Of a stretch of DNA of 64,000 nt, positions 18,348-26,636 are shown in pieces. Source of the stretch: an uncultured Candidatus Saccharibacteria bacterium (lineage in GTDB: Bacteria > Patescibacteriota > UBA1384 > JAMDBS01 > DAOVQR01); contig CAYZSW010000005.1 of NCBI GenBank assembly GCA_964481135.1, positions 28,126-92,125 of the forward strand. Reading direction: 5' to 3'. How positions within the stretch are numbered: the first letter of the stretch is position 1; every line of letters begins with the position of its first letter. The notes below the pieces were generated by a model, which ran no database searches, was not told where the DNA came from, and saw only the letters and a program-made list of their open reading frames with translations. A program made the position numbers and the translations under genes.

Positions 18348-19586
18348 ATGGCAAACAAAGACCGAACTAAAATAAATATTGTTAAAGATACTCAATTTTT
18401 ATTTATTGACATGAATGCTTTTTTTGCTTCTTGTGAACAGCAAACAAATTTTAACCTAAGACATAAACCGGTTGCAATTGCTCCATACAAAGGTAATACA
18501 GGGTGTATTATCTCCCCAAGCTATGAAGCAAAAGCATATGGAGTAAAAACAAGCATGCTTGTTAAAAAGGCAAAAGAAATTTGTCCTAATATTATAATTT
18601 TAGAATCAAATGTATCCATGTATCTCAATATTCACCATGAAATCAAAAAAATACTTTTTTCTTTTTCTCCTTTTGTAAAAATTTTGAGCGTAGATGAAGC
18701 GGTTATTTTTCTTTCCCCGTCGGAACAGAAAACCGAATTAGCTTTTAATATTGCCAGAAAAATTAAAAATGCAATTTATCAAAAAATAGGCAAATGTATG
18801 CGTTCTTCTATTGGGATCGGTCCAAGCATATATTTAGCTAAGCAAGCTTCTGAAATAGAAAAGCCAAATGGTCTACAAGAAATAAAAATCAAAGATATAC
18901 CCAATTATTTAAGTAAAATATCTCTCACTGACTTAAAAGGTATTAATACGCGAATGAAAATTCGTTTTAATAATCTAGGAATATATACCCCACTTGATTT
19001 ATACAATACTCCGGTGCAAAATCTGAGAGAAAAATTAGGTATAGTAGGTGAATATTGGTACCTATTATTAAGAGGAAAAGATATAACCAATTTTAATACT
19101 TGTGAAAAATCAATTGGTCATTCACATGTTTTAGAACCAAAATATCGTAAATGGGATTTTGCATGGTCTGTGTGTCAGAAATTAATTTCTAAAGCAGGAT
19201 ATCGTTTAAGAAAAACAGGTCTTACGGCAGGTGGTGTTTATTTACAAGTAAATTGTTTTAATAAATATAGTTTTCATAAAGCTTTCAAAACTAGAAGCTT
19301 TGCGGACGATTTTGCTTTTAATCGATACATTAAATTTTTATTTCAACAGATAGATAAATCTTATAAACCAATTAGGGTAGCGGTAGGATTATTCAATCTT
19401 AGTAAAAATAATTCTTTTCAAAACGATTTATTTTTAAAAAATTATAAAAACAAATTAATTTATGATATTGTTGATAAGATCAATAATAAATACGGTGCTT
19501 TTACAATTAAAAGTTCATCGATACTTTTGGCAGATGATTCTGCCCCAAATCGGATCTCATTTGGCAGACCAGATAATAATTTTTAA
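18348..19586 (+). CDS. dinB: DNA polymerase IV (Y-family translesion polymerase)
   Basis: FLFIDMNAFFASCEQQ...KPVAIAP...GVKTSMLVKKA...SVDEA UmuC/DinB motifs. Confidence 0.85.
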   Translation: MANKDRTKINIVKDTQFLFIDMNAFFASCEQQTNFNLRHKPVAIAPYKGNTGCIISPSYEAKAYGVKTSMLVKKAKEICPNIIILESNVSMYLNIHHEIKKILFSFSPFVKILSVDEAVIFLSPSEQKTELAFNIARKIKNAIYQKIGKCMRSSIGIGPSIYLAKQASEIEKPNGLQEIKIKDIPNYLSKISLTDLKGINTRMKIRFNNLGIYTPLDLYNTPVQNLREKLGIVGEYWYLLLRGKDITNFNTCEKSIGHSHVLEPKYRKWDFAWSVCQKLISKAGYRLRKTGLTAGGVYLQVNCFNKYSFHKAFKTRSFADDFAFNRYIKFLFQQIDKSYKPIRVAVGLFNLSKNNSFQNDLFLKNYKNKLIYDIVDKINNKYGAFTIKSSSILLADDSAPNRISFGRPDNNF

Positions 19587-19650
19587 ATAAAAATTTGAAT
19601 TTAATAATTCTTAAAGATATAATAATATATAAGATACAGAAAATAAATCA

Positions 19651-19740
19651 ACTACCTCGCAGCAAGCTACGAGGTATAAATTGAAATAATTTATACGAAG
19701 CATGCTTCGAGGAGTTCACCCACTTGTCCGCCTTTGGCGG
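19651..19740. repeat. GC-rich triple-hairpin element at island boundary (REP-like)
   Basis: tacctcg-cagcaagcta-cgaggta; cgaagcatgcttcg perfect palindrome; ccgcc-ttt-ggcgg; shares acctc/gaggt core with REPs at 28.2-29.7 kb. Confidence 0.5.
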
Positions 19741-19767
19741 ATCAAAAATATTAATTATAGGAGATTT

Positions 19768-20085
19768 ATGAAAACCAAAAAATGTGATTGCGAAAAAGAT
19801 TTTGAAAAAGAAATAGAAAAGGAATTTGGTAAAAATTGGGAAGAAAAGTTGGAGAAAAAGTTTGAAAAATGGGGAGATAAATTTGAAAAATACGGGAGTT
19901 GTTGTAATACTCATTCTTCATCAAGTTTCATGGGCGGAGGATTTTACTTTCTGTGTTTCCTTGGTACAGCGATTTATTATATCGGACAAGCACCAGATTT
20001 TTGGATGGGAGTTGTTGGAGTACTCAAAGCCCTTGTCTGGCCAGCAATGTTAATTTATGAAGTATTCACTCGTTTAAATATGTAA
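19768..20085 (+). CDS. small Cys-rich protein with C-terminal TM segment (hypothetical, 105 aa)
   Basis: ATG 19768 after AGGAG SD; MKTKKCDCEKDFEKE...GSCCNTHSSSS...hydrophobic tail; ORF-track start 19702 would run through GC hairpins. Confidence 0.5.
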   Translation: MKTKKCDCEKDFEKEIEKEFGKNWEEKLEKKFEKWGDKFEKYGSCCNTHSSSSFMGGGFYFLCFLGTAIYYIGQAPDFWMGVVGVLKALVWPAMLIYEVFTRLNM

Positions 20086-20144
20086 TAAACCATAAAAAAC
20101 CAATTGTACTAACAAGCATCAAAACAATTAAAACAACAATAACC

Positions 20145-20173
20145 AAAAAGTACACCTCCGAGGTGTACTTTTT
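20145..20173. repeat. perfect palindromic hairpin flanking RAYT copy 1 (left)
   Basis: aaaaagtacacctccgaggtgtacttttt; identical sequence again at 20867-20897. Confidence 0.7.
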
Positions 20174-20189
20174 GTGGTATAATAATTAT

Positions 20190-20864
20190 ATGGTTCAATA
20201 TAGAAAAGATAAATTGGTAAATGGGGAATACTATCATATATTCTCTAGAAGTATTGCTAAATATGTAATTTTTAATAATGATAAAGAATATTTGCGCATG
20301 CTAGATTCTATTAATTTATTGAGATTTATTGATTTTGATTATAAAATGTCAAAATTTAATGAATTAAAAATACAAAAACAAAATGAGATTATCAATATAC
20401 TAAAGACTAACAATAAAACTTTTACCGATATTGTTGCATATTGTATTATGCCTACTCATATTCATTTGATATTAAAACAAAATATTGATAATGGCATTAC
20501 AAAATATATGGCTAAACTTTTAAATAGTTATGCAAAATATTTTAATACTAAACATAAAAGAAAAGGACATCTTTGGACTGATAGATTTAAAAGCGTGCTC
20601 ATTACAAACAATGAGCAAATACTGCATCTTACAAGATATATTCACTTAAACCCTGTTTCTGCTAAATTAGTTAGGTCACCTAAAAAATGGCAGTACTCTT
20701 CATTTTTTGAATACATTAATCCAGATAAAAATAACATCTGCACTTACAAAAACATATTTGACCTAAAGACAGAAGAATATGAAAAATTTGTTTTGAATAG
20801 AATTGATTATCAGCAAAAATTATCACTCATAAAAAATCTGATTATAGATGAATATTCAGGATAA
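20190..20864 (+). CDS. IS200/IS605-like Y1 (HUH) transposase / REP-associated tyrosine transposase (RAYT), copy 1
   Basis: MVQYRKDKLVNGEYYHIFSR...YCIMPTHIHLIL (HuH motif)...GHLWTDRFKSVLI...LTRYIHLNPV; paralog at 28901-29575; start at ATG 20190 (ORF-track GTG 20163 lies in hairpin). Confidence 0.72.
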   Translation: MVQYRKDKLVNGEYYHIFSRSIAKYVIFNNDKEYLRMLDSINLLRFIDFDYKMSKFNELKIQKQNEIINILKTNNKTFTDIVAYCIMPTHIHLILKQNIDNGITKYMAKLLNSYAKYFNTKHKRKGHLWTDRFKSVLITNNEQILHLTRYIHLNPVSAKLVRSPKKWQYSSFFEYINPDKNNICTYKNIFDLKTEEYEKFVLNRIDYQQKLSLIKNLIIDEYSG

Positions 20865-20866
20865 CC

Positions 20867-20897
20867 AAAAAAGTACACCTCCGAGGTGTACTTTTTT
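20867..20897. repeat. perfect palindromic hairpin flanking RAYT copy 1 (right)
   Basis: aaaaaagtacacctccgaggtgtactttttt immediately after RAYT stop. Confidence 0.7.
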
Positions 20898-21161
20898 GGT
20901 TTAGAGGTTGAGATAGGGGAATATAAGGAGTATAATTTGAAGTAGGAAAAGAGGATTAGAATTTGTCATTCTGAGCGAAGCCGAAGAATCTATCACTACA
21001 AATTCTAAATTTACTTTATCCTACAATATTACCTACCAGTATATAGTCAGAAAATAGATTCATAAATATCATATTCTCATTGGTGTCATTCGCATATATT
21101 AGCGTATTAGCATCTTTATCGTTCGAACGAAAGTGAGAACTACCAGATTTCAATGTAGGCA

Positions 21162-21210
21162 AATACAAATACCGGCAATACGCCAATGATTTAGTAAATA
21201 GAGATTTTTA
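21162..21210 (+). repeat. 48-bp direct repeat, copy 1 (partner at 21852-21900)
   Basis: ccggcaatacgccaatgatttagtaaatagagatttttataaaaatgaa vs ctggcaatacgccaacgatttggtaaatagagattttataaaaaatgaa. Confidence 0.65.
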
Positions 21211-21274
21211 TAAAAATGAATATAATAAATAAGGACTCAAAATATCAGAAGAGCAATAATGAAATAAGGAAAAT

Positions 21275-21847
21275 ATGAGTGAAACTATAATATATAACCC
21301 AAACGAATTTAATCCGAATTACATAACAGAACTCTCAAAAAATGCTGAAAGTGTAATTTTTGATAAAATTTTAGAAAAAGCAAAAGATCTAGGAGTTCAA
21401 ACTAGTTCAATTAATTTAGATAAAAGTTATCTATTACAATTAATTAAAAAATATATACCAGATAGATTAGATAAAATTAATAATAAAATAAACGAAAATA
21501 TTGTAGATGCTTCTACTGAACAAATATTAGATAAAATATTAAATGTAGATAAAATTATAAAACACGATAATAAATATATTTTTATTGATATTACCACTGG
21601 AAAAGCAAGTTCCATTATTAATAAGTTGAAAAAAATAAATACAAATTATAAATCTGGAATATTTAATGAATTAAAATGCCATAATTTTATTGTATTAAGA
21701 ATAAATAAAGATGATGAAGAAATTTCAGATGATAAAGTATTAAATATTTTTACACAATTGGAAAATTTAAATACATTTAGTAGTGTAATTGATCTTAAAA
21801 ATACCGAACCAACTATATCTAAAAGATACTTTACTAAATATAAATAA
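21275..21847 (+). CDS. hypothetical protein (190 aa) bracketed by direct repeats
   Basis: ORF with AGGAAAA SD; no recognisable motifs; Asn/Lys/Ile-rich. Confidence 0.5.
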   Translation: MSETIIYNPNEFNPNYITELSKNAESVIFDKILEKAKDLGVQTSSINLDKSYLLQLIKKYIPDRLDKINNKINENIVDASTEQILDKILNVDKIIKHDNKYIFIDITTGKASSIINKLKKINTNYKSGIFNELKCHNFIVLRINKDDEEISDDKVLNIFTQLENLNTFSSVIDLKNTEPTISKRYFTKYK

Positions 21848-21851
21848 AATA

Positions 21852-21900
21852 CTGGCAATACGCCAACGATTTGGTAAATAGAGATTTTATAAAAAATGAA
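21852..21900 (+). repeat. 48-bp direct repeat, copy 2
   Basis: see 21162-21210; 4 mismatches. Confidence 0.65.
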
Positions 21901-21964
21901 AATCCATCTCTGAAAAAATCAACTTGTTAGTTAAAATTTGTAAAAAATTGCGCGATTATTAAAT

Positions 21965-22273
21965 TTGCTAGAAAAATTAAAACAAGCATTAGTAGCATTT
22001 TGTAAAAAAGAAGGTGTAGTTGTAGTTATTGGAGCAGATAATAAAATATCTGTAAAACCAACACAAAGTATTAAATTCCCGTTAAAAGGAACACCAGAGC
22101 GTGATAAATTAGTTAAATTATTAAAGCATATTCACAAATACAATGAAGTAGTAGATTTAAATGTTAGTATGCTTTCAAATGTTTGTGATAATTGGGATAA
22201 AAAAGATATGGAAAAGATAAAAAAATTCCAAACTATAACAAATGATTTTAAATTAAGTATTAGTAAAAAATAA
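21965..22273 (+). CDS. hypothetical protein (102 aa, TTG start)
   Basis: ORF upstream of R-M operon; MLEKLKQALVAFCKKEGVVVVIGADNK...; no motif recognised. Confidence 0.4.
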   Translation: MLEKLKQALVAFCKKEGVVVVIGADNKISVKPTQSIKFPLKGTPERDKLVKLLKHIHKYNEVVDLNVSMLSNVCDNWDKKDMEKIKKFQTITNDFKLSISKK

Positions 22274-22507
22274 CCTGTTAAAAAATGCGGAAATATGGTA
22301 AGATTGCGATATAAAGAAAAGAAAAAAAGGTATAAATATTAAGGACATAAGATGTCAGATGATAAAAAATAACTAAAAGTTTAAAAGAAATTTTAATTAA
22401 TAAATTGTCTTTCAAAGTCTATTCGAGTAAAATAATTATAGAATTGAATAGGAGGAAATATCAATAAATCATATAATAATCAAGTTTTTTATCAAGATGC
22501 TAGAAAC

Positions 22508-23314
22508 ATGAAGGAATTGCCAAATAACTCTGTTCATTTAATTATTACAAGCCCTCCATACTTTAATATTAAAGATTATTCCAAAGATGGCTATCAGTCG
22601 TCTAAAATTTCTAAAAAACAAAAAGGACAAATAGGAGATATTAAAAATTATAAAAACTACATTAAGGAAATGCTCAAAGTATGGAAAGAATGTCAAAGAG
22701 TACTTAAACCAAACGGAAAATTAATAATTAATGTTCCTTTAATGCCTATGCTTAAAAAAAGTCTTAATACTCATTACAATAGACATATATTCGATATAAA
22801 TGCTGCAATTGAACAATCAATATTAGTAAATACTAAATTATACTTATACGACATATATATTTGGAATAGAACAAATACAAGTAAAAAGTTAATGTTTGGT
22901 TCATATCCATATCCTAGAAATTTTTATGCACAAAACACCTGTGAATTTATTACAGTTTATGTAAAAGATGGTAAACCAGATAATAATATATGTAGAACAA
23001 CAAAAGAAAAAAGTAAGTTAAGTGAAAAAGAATGGATAACTTTCACAAAACAAATTTGGGATATACCAATTCCTAATAAAAGTGACGTTGCTTTTGGAAA
23101 GCATTCCGCTATTATGCCAGAAGAAATTGTCAGAAGATGTATTAAATTATTTACTTTTATCGATGATACTGTACTTGATCCGTTTGCAGGATCAGGAACG
23201 ACATTAAAAATTGCAAAAGAATTAAAAAGAAATTATATAGGATATGAAATAATGAGATCATACGAGCATATTATTAAACAAAAATTAATGCAAACCAAGC
23301 AAAAATTATTATAA
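22508..23314 (+). CDS. DNA methyltransferase, beta-class N6-adenine/N4-cytosine (M1); true start probably upstream non-ATG (~22460)
   Basis: motif IV IITSPPY before motif I VLDPFAGSGTT (beta-class order); conserved N-terminal region continues upstream of first ATG. Confidence 0.8.
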   Translation: MKELPNNSVHLIITSPPYFNIKDYSKDGYQSSKISKKQKGQIGDIKNYKNYIKEMLKVWKECQRVLKPNGKLIINVPLMPMLKKSLNTHYNRHIFDINAAIEQSILVNTKLYLYDIYIWNRTNTSKKLMFGSYPYPRNFYAQNTCEFITVYVKDGKPDNNICRTTKEKSKLSEKEWITFTKQIWDIPIPNKSDVAFGKHSAIMPEEIVRRCIKLFTFIDDTVLDPFAGSGTTLKIAKELKRNYIGYEIMRSYEHIIKQKLMQTKQKLL

Positions 23315-23317
23315 ATT

Positions 23318-24106
23318 ATGTTAGATAAAAATAAAGTATACTTAATGGATTGTATAAAATTTTTAAGCAAAATTGACAAGCAGTCAATTGATTTAGCAGT
23401 AATTGACCCACCTTATAACCTCAAAAAAGCAAAATGGGATACTTTTAAAACACAAAATGATTTTCTAGATTTTACATTTTGTTGGTTAGATGCATTAATA
23501 CCTAAACTTAAACAAACTGGTAGTTTATATATTTTTAATACCCCGTTTAATTCTTCTTTTATTTTAAAATACTTACTAGATAAAAAAATGATTTTTCGCA
23601 ATTGGATTACTTGGGATAAGAGAGATGGCTTATCAAATGGAACTAAAAAATATGCAAATGGACAAGAAACAATTTTATTCTTTACTAAATCTCAAAATTA
23701 TACTTTTAATTACGATGAAATTCGTATTCCGTATGAGTCAAAAAGTAGAATTAAACATGCTGAAAAAAAAGGAATTTTAAAAAATGGAAAAAGATGGTTT
23801 CCAAATCCTAAAGGAAAATTATGTTCTGAAGTATGGCATATCTCTAGCGAAAGACACAAAAATAAAATTAACGGTAAAACTCCAAAATTATCTCATTTAA
23901 CGCCTAAACCATTAGATATGATTGAAAGAATTATTACAGCAAGTAGTAATCCAGGTGATTTAATATTAGATTGTTTTGTTGGTAGCGGTACAACAGCGAT
24001 AGCTGCAAAAAAAATAAATAGGAATTTTATTTGCTCTGATAATAATAAATACTATATTGAATTAACCAAAAGGAATTTAAAAAAATATGACAGTTATAAA
24101 AATTAA
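23318..24106 (+). CDS. DNA methyltransferase, beta-class N6-adenine/N4-cytosine (M2)
   Basis: VIDPPYN motif IV; ILDCFVGSGTTAIAA motif I; 3 nt after M1 stop. Confidence 0.82.
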   Translation: MLDKNKVYLMDCIKFLSKIDKQSIDLAVIDPPYNLKKAKWDTFKTQNDFLDFTFCWLDALIPKLKQTGSLYIFNTPFNSSFILKYLLDKKMIFRNWITWDKRDGLSNGTKKYANGQETILFFTKSQNYTFNYDEIRIPYESKSRIKHAEKKGILKNGKRWFPNPKGKLCSEVWHISSERHKNKINGKTPKLSHLTPKPLDMIERIITASSNPGDLILDCFVGSGTTAIAAKKINRNFICSDNNKYYIELTKRNLKKYDSYKN

Positions 24107-25313
24107 TCCTGGCAATAAGGCTTTAGAATTTATTGATTCTAGAATTAGTGATGAAAAATATCGCGGAGTACCATCGTCGGAACATAACAGATACGATATG
24201 ATAAAAATTGTTTCTATTCTTGAATTATTAAATAAATACGCTCCTAATCAGCAGCTTATGAGTATTAGAACAACAGATGTTTCTAAAAGACCAGAAAATG
24301 AATCGAAAGAATATGTTTATGCAAAATTTTGCAATGAAACTAAACAAAAAACAGGAATTGGAACACAAGATGCAATGCGCAAAAATTTATTTGTTGATTT
24401 ACATAGAATGAATTTTATTATTAGATATGATAAAAATAAACAACAAACAGATCCTTTTTCAAAACAACAAGTTAAATTTGTATCGATTAGTAAACAAGGG
24501 TTAAAACTAATTAAGGCAAAAAATTTGCTTGATAAATATTTTATTTTTTCTAAAGGAATTGATCAACTTGTGGGAGGATACATAGATATTATATTAGATA
24601 TTCTAAGAGATAAAGAATATAAAATCGATAAAATTAGTATTTATGAATATATGTTCTTTATTTCTGCAATTAATACAAAATCGAGTTTTAATATAAGTAC
24701 GGAATATGCTGTTAAATTAATCAAACATTACAGAAATCTGACTCCAATTCAAAGAAAATCAGTAATAGAAACATTAAAAGTTACATTAAACCCAAAAAAC
24801 TATGATGGGAATAAAAATAAAAAAAAGGATTTTCATAATTGGCATAACAAAACTGCTCAAATATTTCATTTATTGAATCAAACCGTTTATTTTGAAGTCA
24901 GAGGTGAACAATTAGTACTTAAATCAGGAAAAGACAGTTATGAGACAATTTCTGCAAAATTAGATAGATCACTAAATGAAAAATATCAATATTTTATCAA
25001 TCACAATATTGACAAAAAGCCAGGATTTGAATTGCATCATATTGTACCCATTTCTTGGTCAGAAAACATCCATCATTTTAAAATTCTCGATAAATGGGAA
25101 AATATGTTATATATTGATGGGTTTAGTCATGCAAAAATTACTCAAAATAAAAATAGAAACATTATTCTGCAAATAAAAAATAAAGACTTAAAATTACTAG
25201 ATTACTCCGATAATGAAGTTTATCTACAATATATGAAAAATGTAGTATACCAATACAAACAACAACCGATTCTTAAAAAATATAACAAGGACCTCTTATC
25301 AACTATTAAATAA
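24087..25313 (+). CDS. putative restriction endonuclease with C-terminal HNH-like motif
   Basis: Overlaps M2 by 20 nt (coupled); C-terminus ELHHIVPISWSEN...WENMLYIDGFSHAKIT resembles HNH (HH...N...H); rest unrecognised. Confidence 0.5.
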   Translation: MTVIKINPGNKALEFIDSRISDEKYRGVPSSEHNRYDMIKIVSILELLNKYAPNQQLMSIRTTDVSKRPENESKEYVYAKFCNETKQKTGIGTQDAMRKNLFVDLHRMNFIIRYDKNKQQTDPFSKQQVKFVSISKQGLKLIKAKNLLDKYFIFSKGIDQLVGGYIDIILDILRDKEYKIDKISIYEYMFFISAINTKSSFNISTEYAVKLIKHYRNLTPIQRKSVIETLKVTLNPKNYDGNKNKKKDFHNWHNKTAQIFHLLNQTVYFEVRGEQLVLKSGKDSYETISAKLDRSLNEKYQYFINHNIDKKPGFELHHIVPISWSENIHHFKILDKWENMLYIDGFSHAKITQNKNRNIILQIKNKDLKLLDYSDNEVYLQYMKNVVYQYKQQPILKKYNKDLLSTIK

Positions 25314-25470
25314 AGTAGTTTTTATAAAATGCCAATACTAAGTTGATTAAATGGTTTGTTTATTATTCTTAATTTACTGCGACATACCGGGGTATTGACG
25401 AACGGTGGGCAAATTTAAATAAACTTTATGATCTAACTAACGATGAAATAAAAATTGTGGAAGGGAAAAA

Positions 25471-25833
25471 ATGAATAAAGTAAGTATTGATGAAGAAATA
25501 TCAAATTTAAAATTAAGATTAAGTGAATTAGAAGATATTCATCCTGATTATACTTCCCTAGAACTAAAAGATTTACAAACTAAAACACTAACTACACACG
25601 CTCATTTAGAGAATGCTCTTGATAATAGAATACGTTTAAAAATTTTAGGATTAAGAGAAATAAAAAACTCAGAAAAATGGGACAAAGCTGCTCCAAAATT
25701 ACAACAATTATTAAATCTTTTATCATACAGAAATAAATTAGAAATAGTGAAAAGTTACAATGATTCATCAGATATTTTTATTAGTTCTCTTGGTCGCGTC
25801 AATACATATAGAATTAAATTTGCACATCCATAA
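25471..25833 (+). CDS. small protein ending in R-x4-H (RIKFAH) HEPN-like motif; frame stays open past TAA to 25974
   Basis: ...VNTYRIKFAHP*; same frame after TAA encodes GAKLGEKF...RDLLRSLNEAYEQMDKYFSKIMKDKNY* to 25974. Confidence 0.45.
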   Translation: MNKVSIDEEISNLKLRLSELEDIHPDYTSLELKDLQTKTLTTHAHLENALDNRIRLKILGLREIKNSEKWDKAAPKLQQLLNLLSYRNKLEIVKSYNDSSDIFISSLGRVNTYRIKFAHP

Positions 25834-25980
25834 GGGGCTAAATTAGGAGAAAAATTTAATAATAATACTTGCAAAAATAAACAAAATATTCGGGATTTAC
25901 TAAGATCTCTTAATGAAGCTTATGAGCAAATGGATAAATATTTCAGTAAAATAATGAAAGATAAGAATTATTAAAAAAAT

Positions 25981-26553
25981 ATGACAAACAAAAATAAAAT
26001 CAATAAATTATTTGAATTATTAAACCAAATCCCTCAAAATCAAAGACCAAATTTATTAATTTATCTTGATAATGAATTCATAATTAGTTATAAAGGTATA
26101 TTAAAATCAGCTTATTCAAGATATAAAAATGAAGATGTAAGGAATTATGATTTTAATGAAAGAGGAGATGTTTTAGAATTTTTTACGAATATTGAATACT
26201 TAATTAACAAAATCATAATTGCATATTTAAAAATTGATTATACTAATAATGAAAAAGCAGATGCGTTATTAAATACCTCAGACTTATTTTACAAAGTTAA
26301 ACTTTTAAATGAATGGGGGTTATTTTCAAGTAAAGATACGGAATTATTTTTTTGTTTAAAATCGATAAGAAATGGCTTTGCGCATACTTGGGTAATAGAA
26401 AGTATTAAATATAAAGGAAAAAGTTATAAACAAAATATTAGTAAATTTAATGAAGATGCTGCAATTATATGGAAATTGTTACTAAATATTTATAAAAAAT
26501 ACCAAATAGATATTGATGAAATTATTGAAAAATTAGAATTGAGAAATAAATAA
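25981..26553 (+). CDS. HEPN-motif protein, Abi_2 (AbiD/AbiF)-like candidate abortive-infection RNase
   Basis: all-alpha composition; CLKSIRNGFAHTW matches R-[N]-x-x-A-H HEPN/Abi_2 motif. Confidence 0.5.
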   Translation: MTNKNKINKLFELLNQIPQNQRPNLLIYLDNEFIISYKGILKSAYSRYKNEDVRNYDFNERGDVLEFFTNIEYLINKIIIAYLKIDYTNNEKADALLNTSDLFYKVKLLNEWGLFSSKDTELFFCLKSIRNGFAHTWVIESIKYKGKSYKQNISKFNEDAAIIWKLLLNIYKKYQIDIDEIIEKLELRNK

Positions 26554-26568
26554 CAACCTAACCCAACC

Positions 26569-26613
26569 CAAGCTTTTTTCTTCGACTACGCTCAACACAG
26601 GCAAAAAAGCTTG
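26569..26613 (+). promoter_or_regulatory. 11-bp-stem hairpin between HEPN and OLD genes (possible terminator/attenuator)
   Basis: caagctttttt ...23-nt loop... aaaaaagcttg. Confidence 0.35.
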
Positions 26614-26636
26614 TTGCAAAAGATGTTTATATAGAT

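Larger units (their letters stand above)
20145..20897 (+). mobile_element. minimal hairpin-RAYT-hairpin unit (IS200-like / REPtron-like)
   Basis: Y1 transposase gene exactly bracketed by two identical 29-31 bp palindromes in direct orientation. Confidence 0.5.

Noticed and set aside
19702-19767. Longer N-terminus for the 19768 gene (ORF-track start 19702)
   Set aside because: The extension is encoded by the GC-rich hairpin cluster and has no SD. ATG 19768 is preceded by AGGAG.
20900-21160. Possible tRNA fragment or gene remnant (gtcattctgagcgaagccgaagaatc, ttcgaacgaaagtgagaac)
   Set aside because: I could not reconstruct a cloverleaf or an ORF on either strand. It is probably decayed intergenic DNA within the island.
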